From the NCBI GenBank assembly GCA_039920385.1, contig JBDSDR010000002.1:10561-74560 (forward strand): a stretch of DNA of 64,000 bases. The letters are read 5' to 3'. The DNA comes from Candidatus Saccharimonadales bacterium. Lineage in GTDB: Bacteria; Patescibacteriota; Saccharimonadia; Saccharimonadales; JAUPVS01. The position numbers were made by a program, and so were the translations under genes. The notes below the pieces were generated by a model. The model had not been told where the DNA came from and did not search any database. It was given only the letters and a program-made list of their open reading frames with translations. Shown here piece by piece: positions 41,304-52,457 of the stretch; position 1 is the stretch's first letter; each line of letters starts with the position of its first letter.

Positions 41304-41717
41304 TTACTTACTATCCTTCTTGGCACCGTATTTGCTACGGCCCTGTTTACGTCCCTGGACACCTTGGAGGTCCAATGCACCACGAACAATGTGATAACGC
41401 ACACCTGGAAGGTCCTTAACGCGTCCACCGCGCACTAGAACAACAGCGTGTTCTTGCAGGTTGTGACCTTCGCCACCGATGTAAGCCCAAACTTCTTGGC
41501 CGTTTTGTAAACGGACACGAGCGACCTTACGTAGAGCCGAGTTAGGCTTTTTTGGAGTCTTGGTTGTTACCTTGACACAAACACCGCGCTTAAATGGAGC
41601 GGGCTTTTCGTAATTTTTGTTACGAAGGTTATTGGTAATGCGTTGCAAGGCTGGCGACTTAGACTTGGTCGTCTTGTCGGTTCGGCCCTTGCGCACTAAT
41701 TGATTGATTGTTGGCAT
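41304..41717 (-). CDS. rpsL: 30S ribosomal protein S12 (uS12)
   Basis: 137 aa. [39 protein letters not shown]. Confidence 0.98.
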   Translation of the reverse strand: MPTINQLVRKGRTDKTTKSKSPALQRITNNLRNKNYEKPAPFKRGVCVKVTTKTPKKPNSALRKVARVRLQNGQEVWAYIGGEGHNLQEHAVVLVRGGRVKDLPGVRYHIVRGALDLQGVQGRKQGRSKYGAKKDSK

Positions 41718-41815
41718 GATTCTCCTTGATGGTTGTAATCTGCTGCAGCGGGGCTATGCCTATGGCCCTGGCTCGGACTACTTATGTTTATGAACTTATT
41801 CTAACAGGTTTCAGC

Positions 41816-44800
41816 CTAGGCTGCAACTTCTTCGACGACTTCGTCTTCTAGCATTACTTCGTCTTCATCTTCTTCGGGGCGATAACCAGTTCCGACCGGA
41901 ATTGGACGACCCAAGATAACGTTCTCTTTAAGACCATACAGGTGGTCAACTTTACCAGACGTGGCCGCGCTGATAAGAACCCTTGTGGTGTCTTGGAAAG
42001 AAGCGGCACTTAAGAATGATTCGGTCGAGAGTGATGACTTAGTAATACCAAGTAACAGTTGAGTGAATTCGATTGGCTTTTTGCCATCGGCAATCAGTTG
42101 AGCGTTGGTTTCGAGCACCATAATCTTGCTAGCAATATCACCAGTTACTAGTTCGCTGTCGCCAGCGTCTTCGATCTGGACACGGCTAAACATCTGACGC
42201 ACGATGATTTCTAGGTGCTTGTCGGCGATGTTTTGACCTTGTGAGGCAAAGATCCGCAGCACTTCGTTCATGATGTAACGTTGAGTGGCTTCGATACCTT
42301 GCAAGCGCATTAGCTCGTGCAGGTTGATCGAACCGTTGGTCAAGCGCTGACCAGCCACAACTTCTTCACCGTCTTTGACAACGACTTGTTTGAAGCCAGG
42401 GATTTCGTAACGCATTGTACTCTTAACTGTTGGTGTAATGCTGATGCTCTTCTTCTTAACATCAAGCTTACCTGGTACTGGAGCAATCATTGGCTCAGAA
42501 TTATCTTCTAGAGCAGCAATTACATCACCAACCGCAACTTCGCTACCATGCTTGAGTTTTGGAACTTTATCGCCTAGTTGCAAAGTAACTTTTTCTTGGC
42601 TATCAGTAACGACTTCGACAATATACTTGTCGCCATCTTCCCAAGCCTTAACGACACCAGCGATGTCGGCTAGGAAGGCCTGGCCCTTTGGTTGTCGAAC
42701 TTCGAAAAGTTCTTCGACACGAGGCAAACCAGTCGTGATATCTTCACCGGCTACACCACCAGAGTGGAAGGTTCGCAGCGTTAACTGAGTACCTGGCTCA
42801 CCGATTGATTGAGCGGCAATGACACCAACTGGATGTCGTTCGGTAACAACATCACCGGTCGCTGGGTCAATTCCATAAGACTTGCGGGCGATACCGCGAA
42901 CAGTTGTGCAACTCAGGACACTCATGATACGAACACCATCCAGACTTTCGTCGGCATCAATAGCGGCAGCAATTTCTGGCGTAATCAATTCACCACGCTT
43001 AATGTACTTACCAATCTTTTCACCGGCAAAGCGACCAATTAAGCGACTGGCTAAAGTAACGCCAATTTCGGCAGCGTCGGCTCGGTAAATTGGGAAGCCA
43101 GGATCGTCGGCACACTCTTCTTCGGTAGTAAAGACGTCTTGGGAAACATCAACCAGACGTCGGGTTAGATAACCAGAGTCAGCGGTTTTAAGAGCAGTGT
43201 CAATCATACCCTTACGAGCACCACGGGTGGCCGTAAAGTACTCTAACGGGCTAAATCCACTCTTATAGTTAGACTTAATTGGCAGCTCGATAGTTCGCCC
43301 AGTCGCATCAGCCACAAGACCAAACATACCTACGGCGGTGTTAACCTGACCGATGTTACCACGAGCACCAGATACCACAGCAGTCGACATAGCATTATCT
43401 TCAGTCGCAAACTGCTTAACAAGTGTTTCTTGTACAGTGTTACCAACGTTAGTCCATGACTCAACCGTCAAACGGTAACGTTCTTCTTCGGTAATAAAAC
43501 CTTGGTCGTACTGAGCACTAACTTCGACAACTCGCTTTTCACCAGCTTCGAGGATACCGGCTAAACCTTTAATCTCGGTAAAGTCGTCCATACCCATCGA
43601 TAGGCCAGATTTAGTGGCGTATTCAAAACCGAGGTCCTTAAGATCATCGGCGATTTCGGCAGTCTTAGCCTGGCCATACATTTGGTAGGCCATTGACATG
43701 GCTTGCTGTAACTTCTTCTTAGTCATGGCTTCGTCCTGGAATGGGAAGTCTTCGGGGAAGATTTCGCTAAACAGAATGCGGCCCAATGTAGTGGTTCGCA
43801 TTTCGCCGCGGAACGGCATTTTTACAAAGCTTTGCAAAGTAGTCTTACCAGCATCTAAAGCCATCAAAGCTTCGTCGAGGCTAGAAAATGGCTTAACCGT
43901 CTTGTCTTGACCGGGGCGTTCGTAGGTTAAGTAGTAACAGCCGAGCACAATATCTTGTTCGATGTGCAAAATTGGTGAACCATCAGCTGGCTTGAGCAAG
44001 TTAACGTTGCTGGCCATGATGTTCTTAGCTTCGTCTTGAGCTTTGTCGGACAATGGAAGGTGCACAGCCATCTGGTCACCATCAAAGTCAGCGTTAAAAC
44101 CTTTGCAAACAAGTGGGTGCAACTGAATCGCTTTACCTTCGATCAAAACTGGCTGGAAAGCCTGGATTGACAGACGGTGGAGTGATGGAGCACGGTTCAA
44201 AAGTACGTATTTACCACGAGTAACTTCGTCAAGGGCATCCCAAACCGGAGTTTCGCCAGCTTCGATCATACGAGTGGCTGAGCGGATGTTGTGAGCGTGC
44301 TCTTTTTCGATCAGTTCACCAATTACGAATGGCTTGAATAGTTCTAGAGCCATCATCTTAGGCAAACCACACTGGCTAATCTTTAGCTCTGGACCAGCTA
44401 CGATAACCGAGCGACCAGAATAGTCGACACGCTTACCAAGCAAGTTCTGGCGGAAACGACCTTGCTTACCCTTGAGCATATCGCTCAAAGATTTTAGACG
44501 GCGGCGTTGGCCGGTGGCAGCAACTGCGCGACCACTACGGGCATTACTGTTATCAATTAAAGCGTCGACGGCTTCCTGCAACATGCGTTGTTCGTTACGA
44601 CGAATAACTTCTGGGGCATTAAGATCCATCAATTTCTTGAGGCGGTTGTTACGGTTGATAACTCGGCGGTACAAGTCATTTAAGTCACTGGTTGCAAAAC
44701 GGCCACCAGTTAACTGAACCATTGGTCGAAGATCCGGAGGGATAACTGGCAAAACTGTGACAGTTAGGCTAGATGGCTCGATTTCGGCGCGTTGCATACT

Positions 44801-45643
44801 TTCCAGTAAACGAAGGCGCTTTAGTAGTTTCTTCTTGCGCTGGCCTTTGGCTTCATCGGCTTCTTCGGTCAGGTCAATAATAAGTTGGTCGAGGTCGACT
44901 GCATCAAGCAAATCTTTAAGTGCGCTACCGCCCATTCCAACCGTTACTAATTCTTGCAAGTCGGCTGGCAGACCACGGTAGTCAGTTTCGTTAATTAAGT
45001 TGAACTTTTCGAGAGCTAATAACTGAGTTTTGAGTTCCAGGTAATCAACTTCGTGTTCTTCGAGTTCTTTGGTCTGAGCTTCGGCTAAAGCCTTAACATC
45101 AGCACCGTCTTCTTTAGCCTGGTTTTCAAAGCGTAGTTTAATAGCTTCTTTACCGGCCTCAAATTCGGCTTCTTTGTCGGCCAACATCTTATCGCGCTTG
45201 TCGGTGTCGACGGTTTTGATAACATAGCTGGCAAAGTAAGCGATTCGCTCTAGGTTCTTAACGGTCATGCCGAGCACTAGGCCAATCGCCGATGGAGTAC
45301 CACGAAGGAACCAAATGTGGGCAACTGGGCTAGCCAACTGAATGTGACCCATACGTTCACGGCGAACAATCGACTTAGTGACGATTTCGCCCTTTTTGTC
45401 GACAGCCGCTTCGCGCGATCGGACACCCTTGTACTTAGCGTCATGCGGGTTGATGTCTTTAACCGGACCAAAGATCCGTTCGCAGAATAAACCGTCACGC
45501 TCTGGTTTTTGAGTTCGGTAGTTAATTGTTTCTGGTTTAGTAACTTCGCCGTATGACCACTCGAGGATGTCGCCAGGGTTGGCGACAGCTAAACGAACAG
45601 CGTCAAAGTCAGCGATGTCGGTACCGGTGTTATAACGTCGCAT
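41816..45643 (-). CDS. rpoC: DNA-directed RNA polymerase subunit beta'
   Basis: 1275 aa. [12 protein letters not shown] catalytic motif. Its start overlaps the rpoB stop (TAATG). Confidence 0.98.
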   Translation of the reverse strand: MRRYNTGTDIADFDAVRLAVANPGDILEWSYGEVTKPETINYRTQKPERDGLFCERIFGPVKDINPHDAKYKGVRSREAAVDKKGEIVTKSIVRRERMGHIQLASPVAHIWFLRGTPSAIGLVLGMTVKNLERIAYFASYVIKTVDTDKRDKMLADKEAEFEAGKEAIKLRFENQAKEDGADVKALAEAQTKELEEHEVDYLELKTQLLALEKFNLINETDYRGLPADLQELVTVGMGGSALKDLLDAVDLDQLIIDLTEEADEAKGQRKKKLLKRLRLLESMQRAEIEPSSLTVTVLPVIPPDLRPMVQLTGGRFATSDLNDLYRRVINRNNRLKKLMDLNAPEVIRRNEQRMLQEAVDALIDNSNARSGRAVAATGQRRRLKSLSDMLKGKQGRFRQNLLGKRVDYSGRSVIVAGPELKISQCGLPKMMALELFKPFVIGELIEKEHAHNIRSATRMIEAGETPVWDALDEVTRGKYVLLNRAPSLHRLSIQAFQPVLIEGKAIQLHPLVCKGFNADFDGDQMAVHLPLSDKAQDEAKNIMASNVNLLKPADGSPILHIEQDIVLGCYYLTYERPGQDKTVKPFSSLDEALMALDAGKTTLQSFVKMPFRGEMRTTTLGRILFSEIFPEDFPFQDEAMTKKKLQQAMSMAYQMYGQAKTAEIADDLKDLGFEYATKSGLSMGMDDFTEIKGLAGILEAGEKRVVEVSAQYDQGFITEEERYRLTVESWTNVGNTVQETLVKQFATEDNAMSTAVVSGARGNIGQVNTAVGMFGLVADATGRTIELPIKSNYKSGFSPLEYFTATRGARKGMIDTALKTADSGYLTRRLVDVSQDVFTTEEECADDPGFPIYRADAAEIGVTLASRLIGRFAGEKIGKYIKRGELITPEIAAAIDADESLDGVRIMSVLSCTTVRGIARKSYGIDPATGDVVTERHPVGVIAAQSIGEPGTQLTLRTFHSGGVAGEDITTGLPRVEELFEVRQPKGQAFLADIAGVVKAWEDGDKYIVEVVTDSQEKVTLQLGDKVPKLKHGSEVAVGDVIAALEDNSEPMIAPVPGKLDVKKKSISITPTVKSTMRYEIPGFKQVVVKDGEEVVAGQRLTNGSINLHELMRLQGIEATQRYIMNEVLRIFASQGQNIADKHLEIIVRQMFSRVQIEDAGDSELVTGDIASKIMVLETNAQLIADGKKPIEFTQLLLGITKSSLSTESFLSAASFQDTTRVLISAATSGKVDHLYGLKENVILGRPIPVGTGYRPEEDEDEVMLEDEVVEEVAA

Positions 45644-48600
45644 TATTCTTCTCCCTCTTCTTCTTCAATATCTTTATCGGCGGGTGTACTGACTAGTTCG
45701 GTGCGATCGTCTACATCCTCGTTAGAGTCATCTGCAGGGACGGTTGCAACCACAGAGTAGTCATCGGAATCCATTAAGACGAAGTCGTCACTGACTTGGC
45801 TAACCAAGTCTTCGCTAACATCATCGGCCAGAGTTGGCGCTGGTACATCGATTTCGGCTAAGTGCTTAGACTCATCCTTGATGTTAGCGGCCAAAACAGT
45901 TTCGGCATCAATAACTTTATCGGAGTGAACCAAGTCGACCTTAAGGCCAAGACCTTGCAGCTCTTTAACGAGCACGTTAAAGCTTTCTGGTACCTTAGGA
46001 CCAACAATTTCGGTCTTCTTGATGATTGACTCGTAAGCCTTAGAGCGTCCGTAAACGTCGTCGGACTTAATAGTTAGCATTTCTTGAAGAGTGTTGGCGG
46101 CGCCATAAGCTTCGAGAGCCCAGACTTCCATTTCACCAAAGCGCTGACCACCATTTTGGGCCTTACCACCCAGCGGCTGCTGAGTAACCATGGTGTATGG
46201 ACCAGTTGAGCGAGCGTGGATCTTATCGGTAACCATGTGGTTAAGTTTAATCATGTACATAGAGCCAACAGTGGTCCGCTCAGTATAAGCTTCACCAGTG
46301 CGACCATCGTAGAGTTGCTGCTTACCATCACGTGGCAGGCCAGCTTCGGCTAGGAGGTCTTGGATTTTTTGAGTGGGCACACCATTAAATGACGGGCTGG
46401 CCACTTTAATGCCCAAAGCACGGGCGGCCATACCAAGGTGAGTTTCGAACAACTGTCCGACGTTCATACGACTCGGCACACCAAGTGGGTTGAGGATGAT
46501 GTCGACAGGAGTACCATCTTCCATGAACGGCATGTCTTCGACTGGCATAACGCGGGCAATAACACCCTTGTTACCGTGACGACCACCGAGCTTATCACCA
46601 ACGCTAATTTTGCGCATCTGGGCCACAAAGACCTGGATTTGCATAATCACGCCAGCTTTAAGCTCGTGTCCGTTGGCACGAGAGAAGACTTTAACGCCAA
46701 CGACTTTACCGTGTTTACCATTGCTCATACGTTGTGAGGTATCACGAACTTCTTTGGCTTTTTCGCCGAAAATAGCCCGCAATAGTCGCTCTTCTGAGCT
46801 TAACTCTTGTTCACCCTTAGGGGTAATCTTACCGACCAGGATGTCGCCAGGATGGACTTCGGCACCGATGCGGACAATGCCGTCTTCGTCGAGGTGGCGC
46901 AAAGCTTCCTCAGAAACATTTGGGATATCGCGGGTAACAATCTCGGGGCCTAACTTAGTTTCACGAACTTCGGTCATGTAATCGACAATGTGAACTGATG
47001 TTAGAGTGTCATCCTCAACTAATTTGCGAGAGATGATCATAGCATCTTCAAAATTATAACCGTGCCATGGCATAAAGGCCACAATCAGGTCTTTACCAAG
47101 CGCTAATTCGCCGGCTGCAACTGACATACCTTCGATTAGGACGTCGCCTTTTTTAACTTTTTCGCCAGCCGTCACAACGACACGCTGGTTAATTGAAGTA
47201 CCTTCGTTGCTACGGATGTAGTGGAGTGGGTCGTATTTAACGGTACCCTCTTTGTACTTAACGGTGACTTCGTTGGCGTTAGCTTTGACGACTTCACCAA
47301 CCGCTTCAGCTAGAACAACTTGACCACTGTTACGAGCGACAGCGCCTTCCATACCAGTACCAACAATTGGACTTTCTGGTCGGATTAATGGCACAGCCTG
47401 GCGTTGCTGGTTACTACCCATAAGTGAACGGTACACGTAGTTCTTTTCAACAAACGGGATTAGGCCGGCCGAAGAACCAATGATTTGCTTACGTGAAGCA
47501 TCCATGTGGGTAACTTCGTTAGCATCAACTTCGTTAGACTGCAGGTGAGAACGAGCACTAACACGCTCACTAACGAATGTACCGTCCGGGTTGGTCGGTT
47601 CACTGGCGTTAGCAATAACAGCCGATTCTTCATCAGCTGCATCGAGATACAAGATATCAGTGGTAATCTGAGATTTAACTGGCCAAGTAACCTTTGATTT
47701 AACAGTTTCGAGCTTTTTAGCATCAGCTGCTGTGATCTTAACGCCAGCTTTAACTAGTACTTTACCCTTTTCGTCTTCCAGATCAACATAAGTAGTGCGA
47801 CCAACTGCGTCTTTAGCGGTTACGGCGTTACTTACTTTGCGATAAGGAGTTTCGATAAAACCATAGTCGTTAATACGGGCGTAACCAGCCAAGTTAAGTA
47901 CCAAACCAATGTTGGCACCTTCTGGGGTTTCGACGGCACAGATACGACCATAGTGAGTAGCGTGAGCATCGCGGACTTCAAAGCCAGCGCGTTCACGACT
48001 TAGACCACCAGGGCCCATTGAGCTCAAGCGACGCTTGTGGGCAAGTTCTGATAGTGGGTTAATTTGGTCCATGAACTGTGACAGCTGAGAGCTAGCAAAG
48101 AATTCACGAACAGCCGCCACAACTGGGCGAGCGTTAATCAGCTGGGCAGGAGTGACAGTTTCGATTTCACTCATGCTCATGCGGTCTTTAGTATTGCGTT
48201 CCATGCGCAGCAAACCAATCCGGAACTGACGTTGGACGAGCTCACCAACCAATTTCACGCGGCGGTTGGCCAAAGAGTCAATATCGTCAGCTGGTTCTTG
48301 AGTGTTGTTCATACGGATGATCTCGGCAATAATGGCCACCAAGTCTTCAAGGCGCATGACACGATTTTCGGTAGTGTTAGGGATGTCTATATTAAGACGC
48401 TTATTGATCTTGTAACGACCAACTCGACTAAAGTCGAAGCGTTTGAAGTTATAGAACATGTTTTCGAGCAAGCTGCGAGCGTTGTCAACAGTTGCTAGGT
48501 CACCTGGTCGCAAACGACGGTAAACCTCAATTAGGGCATCGTTAGCACCACGGCTACTATCTTTATCTAAAGTCGCATCGACGTAGTTAAGCTCGCCTTG

Positions 48601-49242
48601 ATCAACATGCTTAAACTGTTCGCGCATTTGAGTTTCGGTTAAGCCGAGGGCTCGTAACAAAGTTGTTACAGGGATTTTGCGCTTACGATCAATCTTTACA
48701 AAAATTGCACCACTAGCAGCTGTCTCAAACTCGAGCCAGGCACCACGGCCAGGGATAACCTTGGCTCCATAAGTGTTACGAGAGCCATGTGAATCGGCCG
48801 TAAAGAAAACACCAGCTGAACGAATTAGCTGGCTAACTACGACGCGCTCGGCACCGTTAATTACAAAAGTTCCGCGGCTGGTCATCCAGGGGTAATCACC
48901 CAAGTAAATTTCTTGCTCTTTAACTTCGCCGGTAACTTTGTTAGTTAGTTCGACAGTCGCTTTAAGCGGTGCATCAAAACTAACGTTGTTTTCGCGGGCT
49001 TCCGATTCGGTCATTTTTGGCTTTTCAAAGCGATAATCTTTGAAACGCAAACTTAACTTAGTACCGGTATAGTCATCGATGGGACTAATTTCTGCCAATA
49101 ACTCGCCGAGACCCTCTTCGACAAACCATTGGAATGATTTGTTCTGGTGGTCTACTAAATTGGGGAGTTCTAGGGCAGCGTCATCATCAGTATAATAAAC
49201 TCGTTTTACGTCTTTGGTAGACGGTGACGGACTCTTGGCCAT
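45643..49242 (-). CDS. rpoB: DNA-directed RNA polymerase subunit beta (acidic C-terminal tail)
   Basis: ~1199 aa. GRHGNKGVIARV, MNVGQLFETHLG. The start is placed at ATG 49242 (MAKSPSPS). The ORF-track TTG at 49254 sits too close to the GGAG. Confidence 0.97.
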   Translation of the reverse strand: MAKSPSPSTKDVKRVYYTDDDAALELPNLVDHQNKSFQWFVEEGLGELLAEISPIDDYTGTKLSLRFKDYRFEKPKMTESEARENNVSFDAPLKATVELTNKVTGEVKEQEIYLGDYPWMTSRGTFVINGAERVVVSQLIRSAGVFFTADSHGSRNTYGAKVIPGRGAWLEFETAASGAIFVKIDRKRKIPVTTLLRALGLTETQMREQFKHVDQGELNYVDATLDKDSSRGANDALIEVYRRLRPGDLATVDNARSLLENMFYNFKRFDFSRVGRYKINKRLNIDIPNTTENRVMRLEDLVAIIAEIIRMNNTQEPADDIDSLANRRVKLVGELVQRQFRIGLLRMERNTKDRMSMSEIETVTPAQLINARPVVAAVREFFASSQLSQFMDQINPLSELAHKRRLSSMGPGGLSRERAGFEVRDAHATHYGRICAVETPEGANIGLVLNLAGYARINDYGFIETPYRKVSNAVTAKDAVGRTTYVDLEDEKGKVLVKAGVKITAADAKKLETVKSKVTWPVKSQITTDILYLDAADEESAVIANASEPTNPDGTFVSERVSARSHLQSNEVDANEVTHMDASRKQIIGSSAGLIPFVEKNYVYRSLMGSNQQRQAVPLIRPESPIVGTGMEGAVARNSGQVVLAEAVGEVVKANANEVTVKYKEGTVKYDPLHYIRSNEGTSINQRVVVTAGEKVKKGDVLIEGMSVAAGELALGKDLIVAFMPWHGYNFEDAMIISRKLVEDDTLTSVHIVDYMTEVRETKLGPEIVTRDIPNVSEEALRHLDEDGIVRIGAEVHPGDILVGKITPKGEQELSSEERLLRAIFGEKAKEVRDTSQRMSNGKHGKVVGVKVFSRANGHELKAGVIMQIQVFVAQMRKISVGDKLGGRHGNKGVIARVMPVEDMPFMEDGTPVDIILNPLGVPSRMNVGQLFETHLGMAARALGIKVASPSFNGVPTQKIQDLLAEAGLPRDGKQQLYDGRTGEAYTERTTVGSMYMIKLNHMVTDKIHARSTGPYTMVTQQPLGGKAQNGGQRFGEMEVWALEAYGAANTLQEMLTIKSDDVYGRSKAYESIIKKTEIVGPKVPESFNVLVKELQGLGLKVDLVHSDKVIDAETVLAANIKDESKHLAEIDVPAPTLADDVSEDLVSQVSDDFVLMDSDDYSVVATVPADDSNEDVDDRTELVSTPADKDIEEEEGEE

Positions 49243-49425
49243 AAAGAGCAACACTCCTATTTACATAGATTAATAATGGTTTTATTGATTTTTGATCTGC
49301 GCGCGAAGATCCTAAGATGAGATTTTTGATGCCTACATATTTGCTTTTAGTTGCAAATACAGCACTACCCACTTACCCTACTTCTAACCCCAGTTTGACG
49401 GAGTGTAAAGCAAATGTCAAGCCTT

Positions 49426-50178
49426 TTACACCAATGGATGCATGAATGGTACGACACCGCTGCCAGAGTCAATACTAACTTGCGATGCAATATCGAACAT
49501 CACCTGTATAACACCTTCTTGGGTGCGCATCGTAGCGGTCATGCCTGCAACCGTATCAGCCAACATTCGGGTCTGGTGCTCGGGTTCGCCCAACCCACCG
49601 TATGGGTGCACTTCTTCGGGCACCCCATCTTCATGCATTCCCCAGCTTTCAAGCGCCGCCTTAAGACCAGCTTCGTCTTCATAAATAAAGCCCGTGACGG
49701 GCTGTCTGTCTCGGTAATCGTTTATAAGATGAGCAGTCATGCCGGCCATAACCACAGAGTCCTCATGCCCCATAACCTCCCGAATCGTAACGAAGCGAGA
49801 TTCTAGCAAAGGTAATTTTGGTAAGTTAATTGGGGATTTAAGCTTGGCAACCTCTTCTAATTTACCAACTAAGCCGTCACGTTGCCTTGAGACATTATTA
49901 GCAGCTAGCACAAAGGCCGACAACTCATCACCTCGGTATGCAGCAATTGCTCTTATACGAGCATACCGACTACGAGTTTGGGTAGACAAGTTTGGATTGG
50001 CCCAGGTTTCTGGAGTAGTGGCGTCAAGAAAACGTTCTATTTCTTTGGGCGAACGTTGCAAGGTCTGTCTATAGTATCGTTCCCGTAGACTTTCGATTTC
50101 ATTCCAACTGCGAGTCGCAATTCGGTGAGCTGAACCTTTTACAAAATGTAATTCATCAGAGCCGGCTATTTCTGGCAT
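49426..50178 (-). CDS. hypothetical protein (250 aa), possibly GNAT-like acyltransferase fold
   Basis: Own extended -10 (TGGTAGAAT) and a GGGAG SD. The GNAT-like impression rests only on IREVMGHEDSVVMAGMTAHLI and AGLKAALESWGM. Weak. Confidence 0.5.
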   Translation of the reverse strand: MPEIAGSDELHFVKGSAHRIATRSWNEIESLRERYYRQTLQRSPKEIERFLDATTPETWANPNLSTQTRSRYARIRAIAAYRGDELSAFVLAANNVSRQRDGLVGKLEEVAKLKSPINLPKLPLLESRFVTIREVMGHEDSVVMAGMTAHLINDYRDRQPVTGFIYEDEAGLKAALESWGMHEDGVPEEVHPYGGLGEPEHQTRMLADTVAGMTATMRTQEGVIQVMFDIASQVSIDSGSGVVPFMHPLV

Positions 50179-50237
50179 GATATAACTCCCTACTTATTGA
50201 GTTATTCTACCATAAGATTGACGAGCTAGCTGGTTTG

Positions 50238-50834
50238 TTATTTTTTGGGCTTAGGGGGAGATTGGATAACTTGGTCGACAAGGCCATACTTTTTGGCTTC
50301 TTCGGCAGTCATCCATTTATCACGTTCCATATCATTGTGAATAGTCGCAATCTTTTGACCAGTGTTTTTGGCCATAATTTCTTCTAACAGCTTTTTAACA
50401 CGAAGTGATTCGCGCAGGTCGATTTCTTGGTCAGTCACTTTACCACGGGTGCCGCTACTAGGCTGATGAACCATGACACTAGCATTTGGTAAAATAAAGC
50501 GCTTGCCTTTAGCGCCCGAACTGAGTAAGAAGGCAGCCGCGCTAGCCTGTATACCGATACCAACCGTTTGCACATCGGCTTTGACAAACTTCATAGTGTC
50601 ATAAATCGCCAAGGCATCGTAAACACTGCCGCCGGGGCTATTAATGTATAGATAAATATCCTTGGTCGAACTTTCGTTATCCAAAAATAGTAGTTGCGCG
50701 ACGATTAAATTTGCGGTGTGCGGGTTAACATCCTCGCCCATAAAAATTATGCGATCTTTTAAGAGTCGAGAATAAATATCATAGGCACGCTCCATGCGGC
50801 CTTCGGTTTCGATAACGGTTGGGACTAGTGGCAT
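50238..50834 (-). CDS. clpP: ATP-dependent Clp protease proteolytic subunit
   Basis: 198 aa. [31 protein letters not shown]. Confidence 0.97.
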   Translation of the reverse strand: MPLVPTVIETEGRMERAYDIYSRLLKDRIIFMGEDVNPHTANLIVAQLLFLDNESSTKDIYLYINSPGGSVYDALAIYDTMKFVKADVQTVGIGIQASAAAFLLSSGAKGKRFILPNASVMVHQPSSGTRGKVTDQEIDLRESLRVKKLLEEIMAKNTGQKIATIHNDMERDKWMTAEEAKKYGLVDQVIQSPPKPKK

Positions 50835-50901
50835 TGTGGTACCTTTCGCTTAAGTACACTCATAATACCCGAATTGGCACTCACGAGTCAAGAGTGCTAA
50901 T

Positions 50902-51150
50902 TCAAGCCTGCTTTTCCCACTCCAGCAAAACCGAACCACTCATTACCAGGGCCGTGGCAATACCAGCTGCAGTCATGCAATCACCAAGATTCTCCATATG
51001 AGCCGGTTTGATAATTAACTGACCAACCGTGGCGACCAAAGCACAATAGCCAGTTGCAGCAATTCTCTTTAATTGGGCTAACCGGTAACTTTCGGTAACT
51101 GTCAGGACGTTATCGAGTGAACCGGGCTGCTCTGCAAACAAATCTGCCAT
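50902..51150 (-). CDS. hypothetical small hydrophobic protein (82 aa) between tig and clpP
   Basis: Starts 3 nt after the tig stop. Two hydrophobic segments. Weak similarity to the 93-aa ORF at 3032-3313. Confidence 0.5.
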   Translation of the reverse strand: MADLFAEQPGSLDNVLTVTESYRLAQLKRIAATGYCALVATVGQLIIKPAHMENLGDCMTAAGIATALVMSGSVLLEWEKQA

Positions 51151-51153
51151 AGG

Positions 51154-52437
51154 CTACTTTTTGGTAGCGTATCCGGTCAAACGATCGATAGTTTTTTCAC
51201 TCAAGATACGCATGGCAATATCTTGGCGGTTCTCGGGCTTGTCGAGTTCGGATTGCATGGCGGCGTCTTGGTATTGTCCCTTTAGGAGTTGGATACGGAC
51301 CTCGAGCTCTTCTGGAGTAACTTGGATCTTTTCTTTCTCAGAAATTTCGCTAAGCACTAAGCCGGCTTTAACGCGCAGCTCGGCTTTTTCACGATTTCGT
51401 TCGCGGTGTTCTTTTTCGGTAACGCCTTCTTCTTTGAGGTGTTCTTCCCAGGTAGTACCCTTGTACATCAGGTTTTGGCGCTCTTCGCGCTCCATGCTTT
51501 CTAATTGATCCTCAGTTAGGCTTTCCGGGACAGCTAACTTGCTTTTAGCGGTGATTTTTTCTAATAACTGGTTCTGGTAGTCACGTTGGCTAGTTTGTTC
51601 CCGTTCGGCTGTTAACTGCTTTTTAATGTCAGTTTTAAGCTCTTTCATATCCTTGAAGGGGCCAACCTTACTAGCAAATTCATCATCTAACTTAGGTTCG
51701 GCTAGGGCCTGAACTTTCTTAACAGTTATAGCAAAGTTGACAACTTTGCCAGCCAAAGCCGCTACGCCATAGTCTTTAGGGAAGGTTAATTTAAAAGTCT
51801 TCTCGTCACCAGCCTTGAGGCCGATTACATTATCTTCAAAACCGGGGATAAAGGCGTTGCTTCCTAAAATCAATGGGTAATCTTTGCCGTCGGCACCCTT
51901 AATTGCCTGGCCTTTGGTATCGGTCCCTTTAAAGTCAATTGTGGCTTCATCACCATTTTTGGCAGCGCGTTCAACTGGCTGCTTATCGGCAGCCCGTTCT
52001 TGCAGTGATTTTAAAACATCAGTAATATCGGCGGCCGTAACCGTAACTGGAGTTGGCGCTAACTTAATCTTCTTGTAGTCTGGCAAAACTATGTCACCAA
52101 CTACCGAAACTGTCAGCTCGGCTTCTAGTAAAGTGAAGGGCACGAATTTTTTGATACTTACTGTCGGATGAGCGACGGGGCGAAGCTTTTCATTACGAAT
52201 GGCTTCGGCGTAGTAATGGTTGATAGTATCTTCCATGACCTCAGTTTGTAGAGCGGCTGGGTCGATGTTTTTTTCGATTACAGCTTGAGGGGCTTTGCCG
52301 GGGCGAAAACCGGCTACCTTAACATTTTGACCGAGCTTTTTAACGGCCGCATTCTTGATGGGTGTTAAATCGGCTTCGTTAGCCGTGATAGTTAAGGTTA
52401 ATGAGGTTGGGGTGTCTTGGGTCTTTTTTACTTGCAT
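51154..52437 (-). CDS. tig: trigger factor
   Basis: 427 aa. GFRPGKAP ribosome-binding signature and a central FKBP-like domain. Confidence 0.93.
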   Translation of the reverse strand: MQVKKTQDTPTSLTLTITANEADLTPIKNAAVKKLGQNVKVAGFRPGKAPQAVIEKNIDPAALQTEVMEDTINHYYAEAIRNEKLRPVAHPTVSIKKFVPFTLLEAELTVSVVGDIVLPDYKKIKLAPTPVTVTAADITDVLKSLQERAADKQPVERAAKNGDEATIDFKGTDTKGQAIKGADGKDYPLILGSNAFIPGFEDNVIGLKAGDEKTFKLTFPKDYGVAALAGKVVNFAITVKKVQALAEPKLDDEFASKVGPFKDMKELKTDIKKQLTAEREQTSQRDYQNQLLEKITAKSKLAVPESLTEDQLESMEREERQNLMYKGTTWEEHLKEEGVTEKEHRERNREKAELRVKAGLVLSEISEKEKIQVTPEELEVRIQLLKGQYQDAAMQSELDKPENRQDIAMRILSEKTIDRLTGYATKK

Positions 52438-52457
52438 AGTTTTGAACTATAACAGAT

